A stretch of DNA of 57,841 nucleotides, the filler included, from Platydemus manokwari (taxonomy: Eukaryota): assembly GCA_037951405.1 (NCBI GenBank). It is 5 parts of 5 records of this genome, joined end to end, with 100 filler letters (N's around TTAATTAATTAA, not from the genome) between each part and the next. Parts side by side here need not be neighbours in the genome. Positions count along the whole stretch, not along the records: positions 29,243 to 46,393 come from JBBMOY011115885.1; positions 46,494 to 57,841 come from JBBMOY010743314.1; 3 more parts are not named here. One strand, 5' to 3'. Below, piece by piece: positions 39,455 to 52,873 of the stretch; within the stretch, counting starts at the first letter, position 1, and each line of letters begins with the position of its first letter. Made by a program: the position numbers and the translations under genes. Below the pieces are notes generated by a model. The model saw only the letters and a list, made by a program, of their open reading frames with translations, ran no database searches and was not told where the DNA came from.

Positions 39455-42400
39455 CTATGCGGATTTGTTTGGATCGATTTGATGATTGAATCCAGCCGGA
39501 TTTCTGCAATTGGCTTCAAAGTTGACTTGGTGTAAAAGACCCATATTGGAGAATGCGCCTGGAATCATGTTCAATGAATTCATGAAGCTCGGTATCATAT
39601 TAGGCTGTCCATTGTTGCCAATAATAGCGTTGGTGGAGAATATTGTATTGTGTTCGCTATTCATCCAATTTCGAAGCCCAATCGGTGGGAAAACCCTACC
39701 ATCTCTCGAGAGATCCATATGGTTGTGGCACATATCGAATGGAGCTTGAGGTATTGGAGTGTTCATTGATACTGGGGTCATTTCGGGTTCTGCAGAATTA
39801 GGTGACAATGCTGTAGAACTTTTATCGTTTCCAGAATCTTCTTTCGTGCTAGAAGCAGAAACGTTATTATTGTTATTGTTGTTACTGCTTCCATAGCAGC
39901 TGAAAATTTCGGAATCACTTTCAACATCACCTAAATTAAATAATATATTAATAAAAACAATGTCCTAAATTCAGTATAAATCTAATATTTATTTATACTT
40001 TTCAATTAACGATAAAAACTCGAGAAAACAATGAAAAATAATAACCAGACTGATTTCTTAAGTTGATTATTATCAGAAAATATGCACAAGTTAATATTTG
40101 ATTTGAAAATTCATTAGATAGTGATTATTTAACGGCAAAAATCACATTTTCCATAACGAGAAGCCTCATCACCAGCATGAACCATCTCAATTTATTACAT
40201 GATAGTCATAGTGATAATGTAATTCACATGATATTCCAACCAATGTTGACAATAGTGAAAAGATCTCGTTAACGATTAAAGCTAACGAATTATCGATCTT
40301 ACACATCAACAATCTACCATCAATGTATTGAATGAAAATTTTAAACTTTTAATATTATTTTTCTATTCTTTCATTTATTAGATTGGCTTTAATTTTAGCT
40401 ATTTGGGTAACATATTAGATTGTGAGAAATATTTAATTATAGATTCAATTATAATGTTAGCTACAATAATTAAAGCGATTATTATAAAATAATTATTTAT
40501 AATAATAATACATTGTAATATTGTAATAATAATTTTTATATGTTTTCATAATTTCAAAGGCTTTAATAATGAGCATCTATTAATGATCAAATTGTTGAGT
40601 GGAATATTTGAGGGTTATTCATAGCAATTCATTGATATTCTGATGTGCAAACTCATTTTATTCATGAATCAATGGATGAATTTCAGATAATTCCATGATA
40701 TTGTTCGCATTGTTACAATCAGATAATTAAACATTTTATTAAATATTTTCAACGATTCGATTTCAATAAAAAAGAAAATAGCAAAATCGTCGTGATTGCC
40801 GGTCAATTATTGACTGAAATAGAAAGTCGGTCCATGAAGGAACAATACGAAATACCATTCCATTAAATCAGGTGCTATCAAAGGGATTGTGCTATGTCAT
40901 CATTCATATTGAATTATTGACCATATGTTGTACTTTAATTCCCATTTCATACGTTCCTCTTACGTAATGGGCAGATAATTCAGTGAAGATTGTTTTGATA
41001 AGTACGAAAAGCTTTAATCTTCCAGGTCGTGCCACATGGCATAATTGAATATCATTTTAATCACAATAATTAATAATAATTATTATTATGATTATTATTG
41101 TTATTATTAAAATAGTTTTTGTAATTACACTTGTAATAATAATTATTATTATATTAATGATAATAATATAAATTATTATTTTATTTATGATAATAATAGT
41201 AATTATTATTATGATAATTATAATAAAATATTAAAATTATAAATAATTATCATTAATATTAATATCGATGATATAAAATCAAAGGTGATAAAAACCGATG
41301 ACGTAATCGATTATTTAAAATCGTTGCCCAACTAGAACAATAATGATTTCTTAACTTGATGCATTTGATGAAAGATTTATTTTTCTTTAGGAATTTTAGT
41401 TAGATATATCAACTGAAAAGATTACTCTGGAGATCTGACGGAAAGCAGTAGATTCATCTTTCGATTAATTATTAATTTGTAAGATAATTAACGATGCCTA
41501 TTTATTGGTGTGCTACATCTCATTGTGTTTTTTTTGATAATTTTGCATTTTCTTCTACATCAATCCACCTTTCATTCAAATTTCATTTTGCCTTATGTCA
41601 GTCCAATCCTAATGTCAACTGTTGGGGATTTACGCAGCTTATTTCGTTTTTTTTTACAAAATTCCAACCCGACCTTACTCGATCGAAATTGGATTGGTTC
41701 AATTGTGAGATCAAATCATGAATAACAAAAAACGCTCTAACACAACTCTTAAAATATCGATTCGTTTTAAACGTCATTATAAAAAAAAACAACATTTGAA
41801 ATCCATAAATTAAAAACCCAAACAAAAAAATCTTTAATCTCATGGCAATAGATTGGACGAGGAGAATTCAATGACCGTGCCAATTTCTCGGATCAGTGAC
41901 TATTTATCGGTTGTATTTGACGGGCTTCGAAATTGAGGTTAAATATTTAAAACGATTAGAAAAATGCCAAAAAAAATATCATTGTCCATGAAAACACTTA
42001 ATTATCATATTTTTATTTACAGAATTTATTTTCTCCTGGAAGCCATATGAGTTTTACATAAGCTTCTTATTTCCAATGAAACATTAATGGGACTTCTTCA
42101 ATCACTCGCTGCAATTCTTTTAGCTCTCGGTAGATTGATCGGAAAACACAGATAAAATCAAAATACTGAAATGAATAATTCTTCCGTTTCATTAAAAATG
42201 TGAATCGATTTGATGAGGATCGAAGGTATTATGAATCTATTTATCTTTATAATTGTTCATCTATTATCTCTGTCTTAAGAAAATATTCTAAAAATTCGTT
42301 ATTTTACTTTTGAAATTAAGTGAAACAATCGAATTGTATGAAATGTTGTTATTCGTGAAAATAGCTCAAACATCTGCAATTACCAGATGACGTCACTTCG

Positions 42401-44993
42401 GTGCAATTCATATCATAATAGACCACTTTGATCGATGTATTTGTATTTAGAGAACATTATCGGTAACTAATCGATGAACTAATTACCATATTTTCCGGAC
42501 TATAAGACGCACTTTAAAACAGATTTTTAGGATTTATTAAGGCTGGAATATTAAAAAAGATGATGATGATGTTAATATAAGCAAACGTGATATTTGAGAT
42601 GATGAAGAGCATTAAATCTTGCTATAGATTTTTAATTAAATTTAATTTAACATGTTAATCAGTCAACTCATAATTAGTGTGCACCTTATAGTTCGGAAAA
42701 GCGTTATTCTATCGAATAAAACAGTTTTGATTTAAAGCTTTTTAAATTTTACTGAAAAACATACTAGTTGAAGAAGTGCTATGAGATGATACAATAATTA
42801 ATCACAAACGATTCAGTTGACTAAAGGGATTTGTCGTCTCAAAGTTTTTCCCGGAGTGAATATAATATTCAAGAAATTTTCTATAAGAATCCCAGCTAAC
42901 GGTTATTCCGTTATAAATATAATTTAATATAATATTTTCAAATATGACGATCAAACAACTATTTCCCCAAACACAGATTCCTGATATTCATCACAATTCT
43001 TCAAATCGAAACCAAACTTCACGATGAGATTTGTAAAATCATAAAAAAAACAATTAAAAATCATCGCATACTTTGATAGGATATATCACACGGTTCATTG
43101 GTTTGGTCATCCGATAATTCATCACTATCGCCTTTATTCGATGTTACTTTGCTGCCACCATTTTCGCCTTGGAAATACGGCGACGACCAACAACCTCTAC
43201 CGGCATCTTTTTTCATTCGTTTTTCTTTGGCTCTAAAAATCAAAAACAACAATCATGCATGAGCATCGATGAAATTCCAAATCGACCAATGATAAAAGAG
43301 CAACAGTGTACGATTTATAAAATTAGAAAATGGACCCAATTTGAAAAAAATAAACCTAAATTTTTCATTGTAAGAATAATATTGGAGAATAAATGGAAAA
43401 ATTCGGTATTCTAACAATCGAAAATTATCTCAACACTAAGTAGGCAAACTGACGGATATGGCAGACTGGTTGCAATTGTAGAGATACCATCAATGATTCA
43501 GTAGTTCTCGGACGTCTCCAGTCGCAACACGTCCCCATGAGATTTGGTTATTGTACAGGTCATCCTGGTAAGAGTTCAATGTTGGTAATCGTAAAACAAA
43601 AGAGTGAAAACAACTCTAAGAGCTGATGGTGATGAGGGAATAGAAATTGATAGTAAATAAAGAACTGAATGACATACGCGCAGATGATTGCATGCTGACC
43701 ATATGCTGCAACTGATGAATTGGTGATTTTCTTATTCACATCAATTTTCTATTAAATAAAATCGTCAATTTATTACCTGCGATTTTGAAACCACACTTGA
43801 ACCACTCTCATATCGAGTCCGGTTTTAGCGCTGAGTTGTTCGCGCACATGTCGCGCAGGCTTTGAACTTTCACTGTACGTTTTCTTCAACGCTTCCAATT
43901 GTTTGGCCGTTATCGTTGTTCTCGGTCGTTTGTTTCCCTGGTCGAGTTCTTGTTCTATAATTTCATAAAAACCATCCATCAATCAATTACGAAAACATTG
44001 TTTTTTTTCAAAGATTTTTTCCCCCCATTTCCAATCGTCTTACCTTTGGTTTTGGCTATTTCGAAATCCGGTCTGCACATCAGTTTTCTCGACGACAGAA
44101 GAAAGAACTCTTCTCCCGTATTCAACTGTCGATGACAACTGATACAAGCAAAACATTCTAAATGATAAATGTTGTTCTGAGCTTTTCGAATGACTTCTGA
44201 AGCTGGAATCATTTCATCGCAAGCTGCACACCGCGTTCCATAGCGTCTAAATGGAACCAAATTTAAAATCATAAAGAAATCTTTCGAATTTTTCACCGGA
44301 AAAAATCTTCTTTGCAGAATATTTCATCGTTTTTCGAATAACATTTATCGATCAAAGGTATTCCGCAATCTGTGCAGTGAAGACATCTCACATGCCAAGT
44401 ACTCAATCCGACTTTCAAAACGACTCGATCCAGAATTGGACCTTTGCAGGCTATGCAGTAGGAAACTAGAGATATTAAAAGAGAAATATATTATATATTT
44501 CTTTAAATTTGGCTAATGTGTCATTTAAATTTTTTTCCCTGAACAATTTCACATTTTTGAGGCGCTCTAATTGTTTTATTTAGGCATAATGGGGAAGAGA
44601 AGTCGTTGCCCGAGTCAATTCTGCGAGATAATTTAATTAGTTAATGCCACTTGTGGGGACACATGGAGAGTCATAATTAGATTTTGCAACTCTGTTTATA
44701 GTTAATCTTAGTGATAGATACCAGCACGATTATTCTCTTCATTTTCCAACCTTGGAATGCATAATACATCCATCCTACAAGGTGTATCTCAGTTTTATTT
44801 AATATTGGTTTCGTTCTTCAAGACTGTTTTTTGGTTTTTTCTTCTCCAAAAATTAATGGAGAATCATTAATTATCTATTGTTTCATTTATCTTCTTTTTT
44901 TTTCATTTTCCCCCTTATTGTTCAGTTGAGTGGGAATTATTCTATCAAAAAAAAAATCTTACTGCCAAATTCCACATCACCAGTCGACAGCAT
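39455..44993 (-). CDS. lhx3/4: LIM-homeobox protein Lhx3/4 (Lim3). Exons 44993-44963 (tentative first), 44465-44297, 44246-44044, 43954-43777, 43232-43072, 39930-39455
   Basis: All junctions are GT-AG and phase-compatible. LIM1 is CIAC...[11 protein letters not shown]...FCKED and LIM2 is CAAC...[11 protein letters not shown]...MCRPD. The homeodomain [13 protein letters not shown]...[39 protein letters not shown] is diagnostic for Lhx3/4. Minus-strand AATAAA at 39352-39357. Confidence 0.95.
42486..42704. mobile_element. Tc2/pogo-like MITE in the last lhx3/4 intron
   Basis: Imperfect TIRs CCATATTTTCCGGACTATAAGACGCAC and GTGCACCTTATAGTTCGGAAAAGCGT, flanked by TA. Confidence 0.75.
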
Positions 44994-46237
44994 CAGTTTT
45001 CCAAAACTCAATCAACCAAATCGAACCGCTTGTGCGATACGATGCGATCGGTGATCAATCATCCCACCAACCATTACTATTCAACCCATCATTCTTACTT
45101 ACTCCGATTTGGTCAATGTTTGGGAAAATGCTAATTACGTCCCAACCAATTGATTGAAATTCTCAATATTCTATTCGCACCGTTTATCACTGATTTTGTA
45201 ATATGTAGATTTATTTTTGGTGTTTGAGTAAATTAATTTATTTCATTTCGTTTGTTTGTTCTCGATTTTCGGATTTAATCCTATATACGGCTAATTCAAG
45301 ACTGGATGAAAATGTCAATGACGAAAATTTGTGACGTGAGACAGCGATTGTCATTAACGACGGCACGATTGCAATACAATACGCCTGCTATTGGGATCGA
45401 ATATATATACATATTTATGAATATTTTGCATTTATTATTTTATAGTATTCTGATTAATAAATTCATTAATTGGTTTTCTCTATTCGTCAGTAATTGTTGT
45501 TTATTTTACGAATGGAAAATCTTCATCTAATATTAATCTGGCATTTATTTCGGTGGAATAATAGAGATGATCCTTGTGATTTATGGGATAAGGATTTACA
45601 TACGAATAAATAATATGGAAACAATTGGATATAAATGGATAATTCGAAATAAAAAGAGATTGTCTGTGAATTTAAATATTAATTGGTTAATATAAATATT
45701 AAATATAAAAGTTAATTAAAACAAATCTCAAAATATAATTTGTTATTGTGGCTAAGTGGAGTATTCATTTGAATTTTTTGATGATTTGTTTGGGTCGTGG
45801 AGAATTCCAATCAATTTGTAAAAACTCCTTTATATATATTTTAAATTATGGTCAAAGAAATTGCTAACAAATCACTGGACGAGTTTAAAGTTGCTTCAGT
45901 AAAAAACTATTTTTAGTAATTCCAATAGATGTTTGTACAAATGATAAAATGTATCGTCAGAATATATTTGAAGGGGGGGGTCGGTGGTGCCCACGATAAC
46001 TGATTTATTTTAATATACAAGTTTCGAAACAATTGTTGAAAGCACGCATTGTTGCTAATGTTGATATTGTATGGTATTTGGGTTGATAAGGAATTAGGAT
46101 CACTGATCACTATTGTAGCTTGCACTCCTCTGTATGATATTTAGCACTTTTTATTTGTAACTAATATTGTTGAATGAGTAAAATTTGTTAAAATCGATAT
46201 GAAAATTCGAAACAAATTCTTATTTAGATTTCAAAAT

Positions 46238-46393
46238 TATAATAATAAAATTATTAATAATAATTATTATTATTATAGCAACAATAATAATAGTAATCAC
46301 AACAATAACAATAATAATAATAATAATAATAATAATGATAACAATAATAATAATAAAAATAATAATAATAATGAAAATAATAATAATAATACT
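46238..46393. repeat. Degenerate (AAT)n microsatellite at contig edge
   Basis: AAT/AAC triplet run next to the gap; it explains the poly-Asn ORF. Confidence 0.95.
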
Positions 46394-46493
46394 NNNNNNN
46401 NNNNNNNNNNNNNNNNNNNNNNNNNNNNNNNNNNNNNTTAATTAATTAANNNNNNNNNNNNNNNNNNNNNNNNNNNNNNNNNNNNNNNNNNNN
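46394..46493. other. Assembly spacer with six-frame stop linker
   Basis: N-run with central TTAATTAATTAA, 100 bp. Confidence 0.98.
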
Positions 46494-49288
46494 TTTAAAT
46501 TTAAGATTACCATGGCAACGTAAGAAATAACTATGGCAAATGATTAATAACGAATTTCACCCACAAACGTCCACAACTCAAAATAGTATACAAACTAATG
46601 CATTGCATAGTCTGACGCACAATAATTTCAGCACAAAATTTTCTCCACGCAATAACTTCATAAGAAAAGTAAACGCATATTCACTTCAGCTCGTATTCGG
46701 ATGTATTAATTATTCGTGAATCATATACCATTATGTCGAACTAGTATCGAGATCAATTAGAATTTTACATTGGAATTTTCATATTTGCCTTTAATACAGG
46801 ATCTATATATTTCTAGTTCAACTTCACTAATTTGTTCGACAAATTGCAATGGTAATCGTTTTTATTTTACAAATCATGAATTACTTTTAATCAATTTCCG
46901 GTAGGAGATTATTTGAAAATAATTAACCGTAAACTCCACCAAGTCTAAAAAGAAATTTTCAGAATATAAATGCCTAATCTTCTTTAGTTTGCATATCGGA
47001 GTAAGGAGCCAATTAGACTCTCCACCGAATTTTTATACAACTCTTCAGGTCACAAGACGGTCCATTTTAAAATCACAATTGTATATTGTTAATAACTATT
47101 ACCATTAATAACAGTATTTTATCGTTATTTATATACGTGAACGCACCTAATTATCTGTTAGTTGTCAGTTATTTAATGGAAACATCAATTTACACTTTTT
47201 AACGGTTTGAAGCATCGGGGATATTTTATTGATTTAAATCTAAATTAATCACCTAATTGAATTCCACCAGACTCCTTTTTTAGCTTTAACCAAATTAATT
47301 ATTAATAAATACAGTTTTCAACAATCAAACGTTCTAAATTCTTAAAATTTTCAGTTCGTTCAAATATTCACTTATTTTATTTAAATTTTCTATAAATACC
47401 ATCACCTGAATTTCAAAGACAATTTCAAAAATTTCCGTTAGCTGTACTGGAAAATCGATAATTAATATTGATTTCCATAATCGTTACACAGATCGTTACA
47501 AGATTTTAGCAATACAATATTGAAAAAAAATGTATTTATTTGAACTCAAATCAAGACTTATTCTGAAATGTGCTTAGGAAATCAAAACACCCATTGTCTA
47601 AAAATAAAATTTTAACCGTCTGTTGATTTGAAAATATTCAAAATAATCATAATAGTATTTATTAACAAATAAAATAAAATATCATAACTAGAATACAATT
47701 GTTCAAATCAAACAATTAATCAACTAATACCCTTATCATGATTAATTTTTAATATTTCATTTGTTTATTACTGAAAATTATGAAAATTTGGCATTTATTT
47801 CTCATAACAAAAAGAAAATTATTGATTATAACAATAAAATAAACTATTTACCCGAAAATTGATATCTAATTTTTGATAACATTCATAATCATTATAAAGA
47901 TTTAATATTAATTGTGATATTCGTTTCCATTTATACATTTTCAAATACAGTTTCTCTATACCGATTGACAGCACATTACAATCATTTAAAAATTGAAATC
48001 TGTTCAAAATTTCACAAGGATTCTAAAAATATTACAAAATTCATTCTCAATTCTTCACTTTTCAAATACTTCTATGCGTATGTAATTGTTAGTGACAATC
48101 TTCTTAACATCCTAATATTCTTAAGTAAATAATATAATGATAATTATTACACAGACTTCTTTAAGTTTGAAATTAATTTGTTTTTTGGAACACATGATTA
48201 GAAAACCTTGATAAAAAATAAAAAATAAATAATAAATTTGATGGAATTGCAGAAAGAAAATATAAAAATTAATTTTCCGCACAATATTTAAATTAACTCT
48301 TCGATTTCACTTATTTAAAAGAATAATCAGCAAGATAAATTATTTGAACTACAATATTAACATCTATTTTTCCGATTATTTTACAATGACTAGATATTTT
48401 AGGCAAAACGTATTCTTAATAAATTAAAATTCTAATTAAAATTTCATTTTGAATGATTAGTCAAGAATTAATATTTAAAACTGATTCAGTATATAATAAT
48501 TAAGATGATTTCTTTACAAAATTATTTTACTATAAACATAAAAATAATTAGCAAAATTTTCTTTTAACATTGTGTTTTAGATTATTCACAAAATTAAATA
48601 AACGTTGTTAAGTTATGTTGACGAACTCGGTAGATTTTAATACAAATAATTTATATCAGTGTAAAATCTACCAATAAGTTCGTCTTGACCCCTATATTTT
48701 GATATTGCTCCGCCTCGACGTTCTCAACTTATGTGAAGATAAGTGGAACAGCGTAGAAATCGATTTAATTGATTTTAATCATATTATTGCCTTTATTATT
48801 GTCTCAACGATGATACTGTTTTTTTTTACTATCAGTCTCAATTGATTTGAATTAATTATGCACCAGAATAACTTTAAAAGCTGATGAATGATAATGATCT
48901 ATTTAATAATGAATTTATGAACCCTATAAATATCAAATGCTAATGAATATCAAAACTATTTTATAACATCTAAACATGTATTAGAATTAAATGTTACAAA
49001 TTTAATACTTTTATACAATTAAAATTTTTAAACCACTTAATATATACACATAAACGTTAGATTTAATATACAATTCAGGGAAGCAGATTGTAGACCAACA
49101 AGACCCTTCGTGACTATTGGATATGTGTCCGTTTCAAGAGGGTTTTCCGAGCTCGGCTCGATGGATAGGAAGAATATGCGATATAACTATTAATAAATGA
49201 TTTTAAATATATTATCTTACTGTTTGGTCTTCCAGCAGAAAATATTGGGCATATCTTAGTCACGGACCCGGCAATGATTGATCTAAGA

Positions 49289-49593
49289 TGTTACGTTCTT
49301 GTTATGTAACTATTGTGTCTATTGTGCCCTGCCTCTTGTCTTGTGTTGTCTTGATTGCGGTTACTCCCTTATATAGGCAGCGGTGAGTCATTCACAGATA
49401 TTCTCTGTGAAATTTATCTAATGCAGTGCATATATGTTTAATGTGCTGGAATTTATCCTGGCAAAGAGAAATTTTGTGCAATTAATTCCACTATGGCTAA
49501 GAGAAATTCTCTGTGATTAAATGCACGGTAATTTTATTTAATGCATGGACATTAAGTTATTCTAGCAGAATATTTTATTCCCAATGCGCGACA
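49289..49593 (-). mobile_element. Possible solo LTR
   Basis: TGTTACG...CGCGACA imperfect inverted ends, a minus-strand CTATATAAG box and locally higher GC. No TSD or PBS is evident. Confidence 0.3.
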
Positions 49594-52003
49594 ACTTATT
49601 CTGATTGATTATTTTATGAATAAATTCACTGTGTAATGTTTTAATTGTTGAATTTTATTATATCAGTGCTGGGTTTCTTATTAATTATGGGGATTATAAA
49701 AGTGGATTTAAATTATATATGATATTATATTAAATTATATTCTTATTGGTTAAATAATCTCCCCGAATTATCATAAAAATGTTTTATATTAAAATTTTAT
49801 GTAATAATAAATATTTTACATAATTCATGCAATTAAAAAAATGTTATAGAATAATATTTAATTTTTATTTTCCAGTACTTTATATCGTTAATTATTTTGG
49901 TTTGTTTTTAGGATTCTAATGTTAAATTATTTCTCAATGGATATTCAACTGGTATTTGTCAAATGAGTTTTCATGATTTGGAGAATTTGTTATTATTATA
50001 TTGGTATGAGAAACATCAAAACATGCCATCAGATTTGAGGTCAGAAACTCAAAGTAAAGAATAACCAGTTCCCCATGACCATTTAAACTCTGTACTCAAT
50101 GACGACAATGACCACAAAGAAAAACTAGAATAAATCATGGGCATTATTTGGTTTACATTCCATCGTTTTTATTTTTAAAACCATATATATAAATTACTAT
50201 TTATTTATAAATGTTAAGCTAAAAAGAGAAAAATATATTTGCGAGTGCATTATATTAAATTGGAACTTTTGAAAAACCTGGAAAAAGGAATATATCTAAA
50301 TTTCAATACACAGATGAAATATTTTCTGAGATCAGTCAAGCAAAAAACTTTAGAAAAGTAATTTTTATAGCATCTCAAATTGAAAATTTATTAAAGAACA
50401 AAATTTCTCTACAATCTTGAGTAATACTGAAAAATTACAATAGTGACCTTTTAAATCTTTATAAGAACTCCTCAGAAAACCAGAATAATAATGAATAATT
50501 TTTTGAAGACCTATATAACTAAAGTACTGTTGGGAGCTAAATTCTGAATAATCAAATAATTTCTGACTCCAAAAATCGAACGTTGTAAGCTTTAATTTTA
50601 ATTCATGTACTAATCAGTACCACTCTAAAATTCAATATTATGTCTCCAAAAACTTAACCAAAACACGGCTTCCAACTGGCAATTGGGAATCTTTACATTA
50701 GTATTTATACTTGAGATTTGTGTAATTCGTGTATCACGTTTTTATCTGATTCTTTATTTCTAAAGTTCCAATTGAATTTAATGATTTTGTGCGATTTGGA
50801 TGGGTAAATATATTACCGTGCTTCAATTAGAATTTTCCATTTAAGTCAGCTGTGATTGGTTAGTTACTATGCATATATGGCTGTAAAGGCATGTGATTGC
50901 TTAAAATGCTAAAATAACGGTTCTAAGGTACAAAATCGTTTTCCTTTTGTGAGATTTCGTCTCGGCTCATCAGAATTTTTCTTATGGTTATACCTGTAAG
51001 AGCTTTTATTAATTGTTCGTTTATCAGTGATTAGTACTACCTCGACCGTGACCACGGCTATTTAACTTTTAATTATATTCTAGTTGAATGAGATTCAAGA
51101 TAGAATTCTTATGGTGTAGAAAAAATATTATTTTTTGATTTTAATGAATTTGATTTTATAAAATTTACTTAGTAACTGGAGCTTAAGTTTAAGAATAGCA
51201 AATTATTCTTGACGAATTTCTCGATAAATAGCTGTAATGTAATTAAAATCTTTCCTTGAGGTTAATTAAATTGCTAAATCAGTTAATAATTGGTTATTAA
51301 TATAAAGAATATAATTTTAGAATAACTAGTCCGAATTTATTTCTTTCGTTTTGAGTTAATTTTCTTCAAAGTAAAAATTGTTAGTTCTTGCATTTTTCGT
51401 TGTTTCGGTTCTTATTTATAGTTTGATAGTTGGTCAGTTAATTTCGTTAGTCAATTCTTGGCCGTTCCTTGAATTGAAGATTGGATTCCAAACTAAATCT
51501 CGTTTTGATAATGAATTTTCTAGACTAAATTTCGTTCAGGTTAAATTTTGACTTGATATCAGATTATAAACTATTTTATAATGTCGAGCTTTGTAATTAT
51601 TTCAGATATTTATATTATTTTTTGTTACATTCTTGTCTGTATTTAATTTTCTTTTATATTATTAGGATTAATTATCTTATAATTATCTATAATTGTCTTA
51701 TTACCTTGGAAGTTTCTATATTTAGTAACCAAATTGTTCTTTTTCTATTCTATTTTTAGTTGGAATAGATTCGTACTTCTATTTTTAATTAAATTAGTTA
51801 TATATATTTAGAGAATTTTTTAAGTGGTTTTATTATGATTATTTATTATAGTATGGTAATTTGCATGTCGGAAATATACTATTTTCTATTATTTTAAATT
51901 TATTTATTAAACCATTTATTGGAATGAGTATCAAAATAAATCTTGTAAATTATTTATATTTATTTCAATTTATAAAATAATTTTTCGTTTATTTATCACA
52001 TTT

Positions 52004-52873
52004 TTATCGACAACAGCCTTGGCTGACTTTTTCAGTTGCGTTTGTGGGAATATTTTCTTTACTTTTTTCAAGGTTCTTTGTATTATCTTCATTAGTAGCT
52101 TTATTAATATTTTCTGCATGATATCGTATTGAATCTGGTTTTTGTTGTAAACCTCGAATCAAATTATCAGATTTATCATACATATTCACCATATTTTCCG
52201 TTTCTGATGAAGATTCAATTTTGTTAGAACTAATCGATGACGTATCCAAAGACGTATTAATAGGTTGTAAAATTGGTTTGCTCTTAGGTATGATAAGTAC
52301 ATTCCCCACTGGATCTCTTTCAATACTTCTTTTGGAATTATATATTACGTCCCGAATTCGATCCCTTCTTCTTTCTATATTCATTAATTTATAGTATTGT
52401 TCTTCTTTATACCTATTTTCTTGATTTTTTATCTCGTCTTCTACATATTTGATAAAATTAGCGTTGTTCACTAAAATATTTGGTTGGCCCGTTAAAATCA
52501 TTTGAAACAGTTTTAGTTTTTTTAATTTATGGCGATATTTTAATGAGAAATCATTTACCACTAAATTCAAAATTTTAGAGTCAATATTACGAAACTTACT
52601 TTCAGTATCAAATTGATTATATATAGATTTTGTTGACAATGTATATCTGGCACTTTGATCGATATAAGTCGACGGTTTAAGTTTAAGCTCCATACTTCCT
52701 AATATATCAGCTAAGGGATCGACCCATGGCAGACGTCTTAGACAATTCGACTTTAATGGTTTCAGGTCTTTCAGTATCGTATCTGAACTTTTATTTATAA
52801 CTATACAAGAATCAGAATTAATTGGAGGTAGGGGTTTGTATTTGTCATAGATTTTCCTTAATTTAGGTTGCAT
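52004..52873 (-). CDS. Uncharacterised intronless protein of about 289 aa
   Basis: 870-bp open frame from the first ATG (MQPKLRKIYDKYKPLPPI...; the track's start at 52894 is non-ATG). It has a charged helical middle segment and ends ...SQGCCR*. Minus-strand AATAAA near 51914. Confidence 0.75.
   Translation of the reverse strand: MQPKLRKIYDKYKPLPPINSDSCIVINKSSDTILKDLKPLKSNCLRRLPWVDPLADILGSMELKLKPSTYIDQSARYTLSTKSIYNQFDTESKFRNIDSKILNLVVNDFSLKYRHKLKKLKLFQMILTGQPNILVNNANFIKYVEDEIKNQENRYKEEQYYKLMNIERRRDRIRDVIYNSKRSIERDPVGNVLIIPKSKPILQPINTSLDTSSISSNKIESSSETENMVNMYDKSDNLIRGLQQKPDSIRYHAENINKATNEDNTKNLEKSKENIPTNATEKVSQGCCR

Noticed and set aside
43628-43668. C/D-box snoRNA-like TGATGA...CTGA in an lhx3/4 intron
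   Set aside because: It is antisense to the host gene, too short, and has no terminal stem.
46199-46441. Poly-Asn ORF
   Set aside because: It is the translation of an (AAT)n microsatellite running into Ns.
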